From Octopus sinensis (lineage: Eukaryota), in contig NC_043020.1 in assembly GCF_006345805.1 (NCBI RefSeq), positions 5,580,001-5,644,000 of the forward strand: a stretch of 64,000 nucleotides of DNA, written 5' to 3'. The notes below the pieces were generated by a model that had not been told where the DNA came from, searched no databases, and saw only the letters and a list, made by a program, of their open reading frames with translations. The translations under genes were made by a program, and so were the position numbers. The first letter of the stretch is position 1; every line of letters begins with the position of its first letter. Positions 62,736-64,000 of the stretch are shown here, piece by piece.

Positions 62736-64000
62736 ATACGCAGACGCACGCGCGTGTACACAGATATACATATATAATATAATAAAATTTAAAACCGTTA
62801 TCATTATTTTTATTCTTATTCTTTTCAACACAGGTTTTGTTGAAATTCTGGAGTGTTGAATGCGCCGCGGAAATGCTACCTGCAGCCTACGGTACCATGT
62901 TGTCCTTTTGAACTATCTAATACTTTCCTGGTGATTCTGGCCGTGCCAAAGAAGCAAACTGTTTTGTTGCAGTTCTACTAGGCACAATATTCTGATTTCC
63001 TTGATATTCCTCTTGATGCCTTCTGGTACTTTCCCCGCCAAGTATCCAACAATATTCAGCAGTCTCTCCACATTCTTTATCATCCAAAGTTGAATTATGT
63101 CATGTACACGTCTATTTTTCCGTCTTCCTCCTTGACTATTCCTTTGGTCAAAGGGACACGCATCATCAGTTCTTATTGTCGTTGTTGTTGTTGTTATTGT
63201 TCTTGTTGTTGTTTTTGGTGGTGGTGGTGGTTGTAGTGGCGACTGTGGTGCTGGTAGTCATGTTGTTGTTGTTGTTGTTAAGCAACAAGACGGGTAAGGG
63301 TGTTTAGGTGATGGTCTAGGGCTTAGGGGGTGGGAGACCCCAGACCTTGGAAAAAGAAAAAAACTTTGGTCGTCTTGTTGTAGTCGAGGGCTCTTCGTTG
63401 ACGCCCGACACCACTGGGAGGTGTCCCTCGAAGTCGCTGGAAATGGAGATCTCCAGGTCCAAATTCTTGAACAGCTGTTGTTGTTGTTGTTTGTTGTTGT
63501 TGTTGGTGGTGGTGGTGGTGGTGGTGGTCTATTGATTTAGCCTGTTGCACTCCGGAATTCATGAGAACAACAACACCTCTTGATTTTTTTATCGAAACAA
63601 CCTTCGGTTAAAGCAGATTAGCAAGGAGAACTCCTATTTTTAGCTTAGCCTAATTTAAGTAACGAAGAGCATAAATACAAAAAAGCCAAATCGCTTTCTT
63701 TCTCTTTGGATCGATTCGTCTCTGGCCAAAGAGCAAATCTCTCAATATGCTGATCAAATCGGGAAAGTAGATTTATCACCCTCTCTACTTACCTAGACTT
63801 TCTTAATCTGTCTTTCTCTAGCAGCCATACACATGAAACTATTTTCTACGTTGCAACGAATAACAATAACAATTTTCTTTCTTCATTTTTTTCTTTATAG
63901 TTTACCTTTTATCTGTTTCAGCCATCAGACTGCGGCCATGCTGGAGCACCGTTTTGAAACATTTTAGTCGAACGAATCTAGCCCAGTGCAATTTTTTTAA

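Noticed and set aside
63323-63562. His/Gln/Thr-rich ORF suggesting a transcription-factor exon
   Set aside because: The runs derive from (CAC)n/(CAA)n repeats; the intervening sequence has no recognisable domain or clear splice sites.

Overview
Repeat-rich animal genomic DNA. The SINE families, microsatellite load and intronless GPCRs are most consistent with a coleoid cephalopod such as Octopus (inference, not a database match). Host genes: (i) nine coding exons of an active-type phosphoglucomutase on + (5686-20390; TASHNP, DGDG|DR and GEESFG motifs; first coding exon not found in the window); (ii) an intact 329-aa class A GPCR on - (25733-26722) whose activation microswitches are nearly all degenerate; (iii) a tandem pair of intronless 306-aa class A GPCRs on + (52416-53336, 60459-61379) in a duplicated block offset by about 8 kb, with 38 of 50 amino-acid differences in extracellular-facing segments. 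The rest is a nested mobile-element landscape: a decayed Penelope-like element (RT + GIY-YIG) with a well-formed type I hammerhead ribozyme at its 3' end; further hammerheads in a probable tRNA-headed SINE and in a long inverted-repeat element; a Tx1 LINE found twice at (GATA)n tracts whose 3' tail is shared with a SINE subfamily; four ~400-bp non-autonomous Helitrons (one with an empty paralogous site, one 21 nt from a PGM splice acceptor); RTE, CR1, R4/Dong-like and mariner remnants; foldback MITEs; and several unusual minisatellites. Most ORFs in the supplied track are microsatellite artefacts. All alignments, translations and RNA folds were done by eye.
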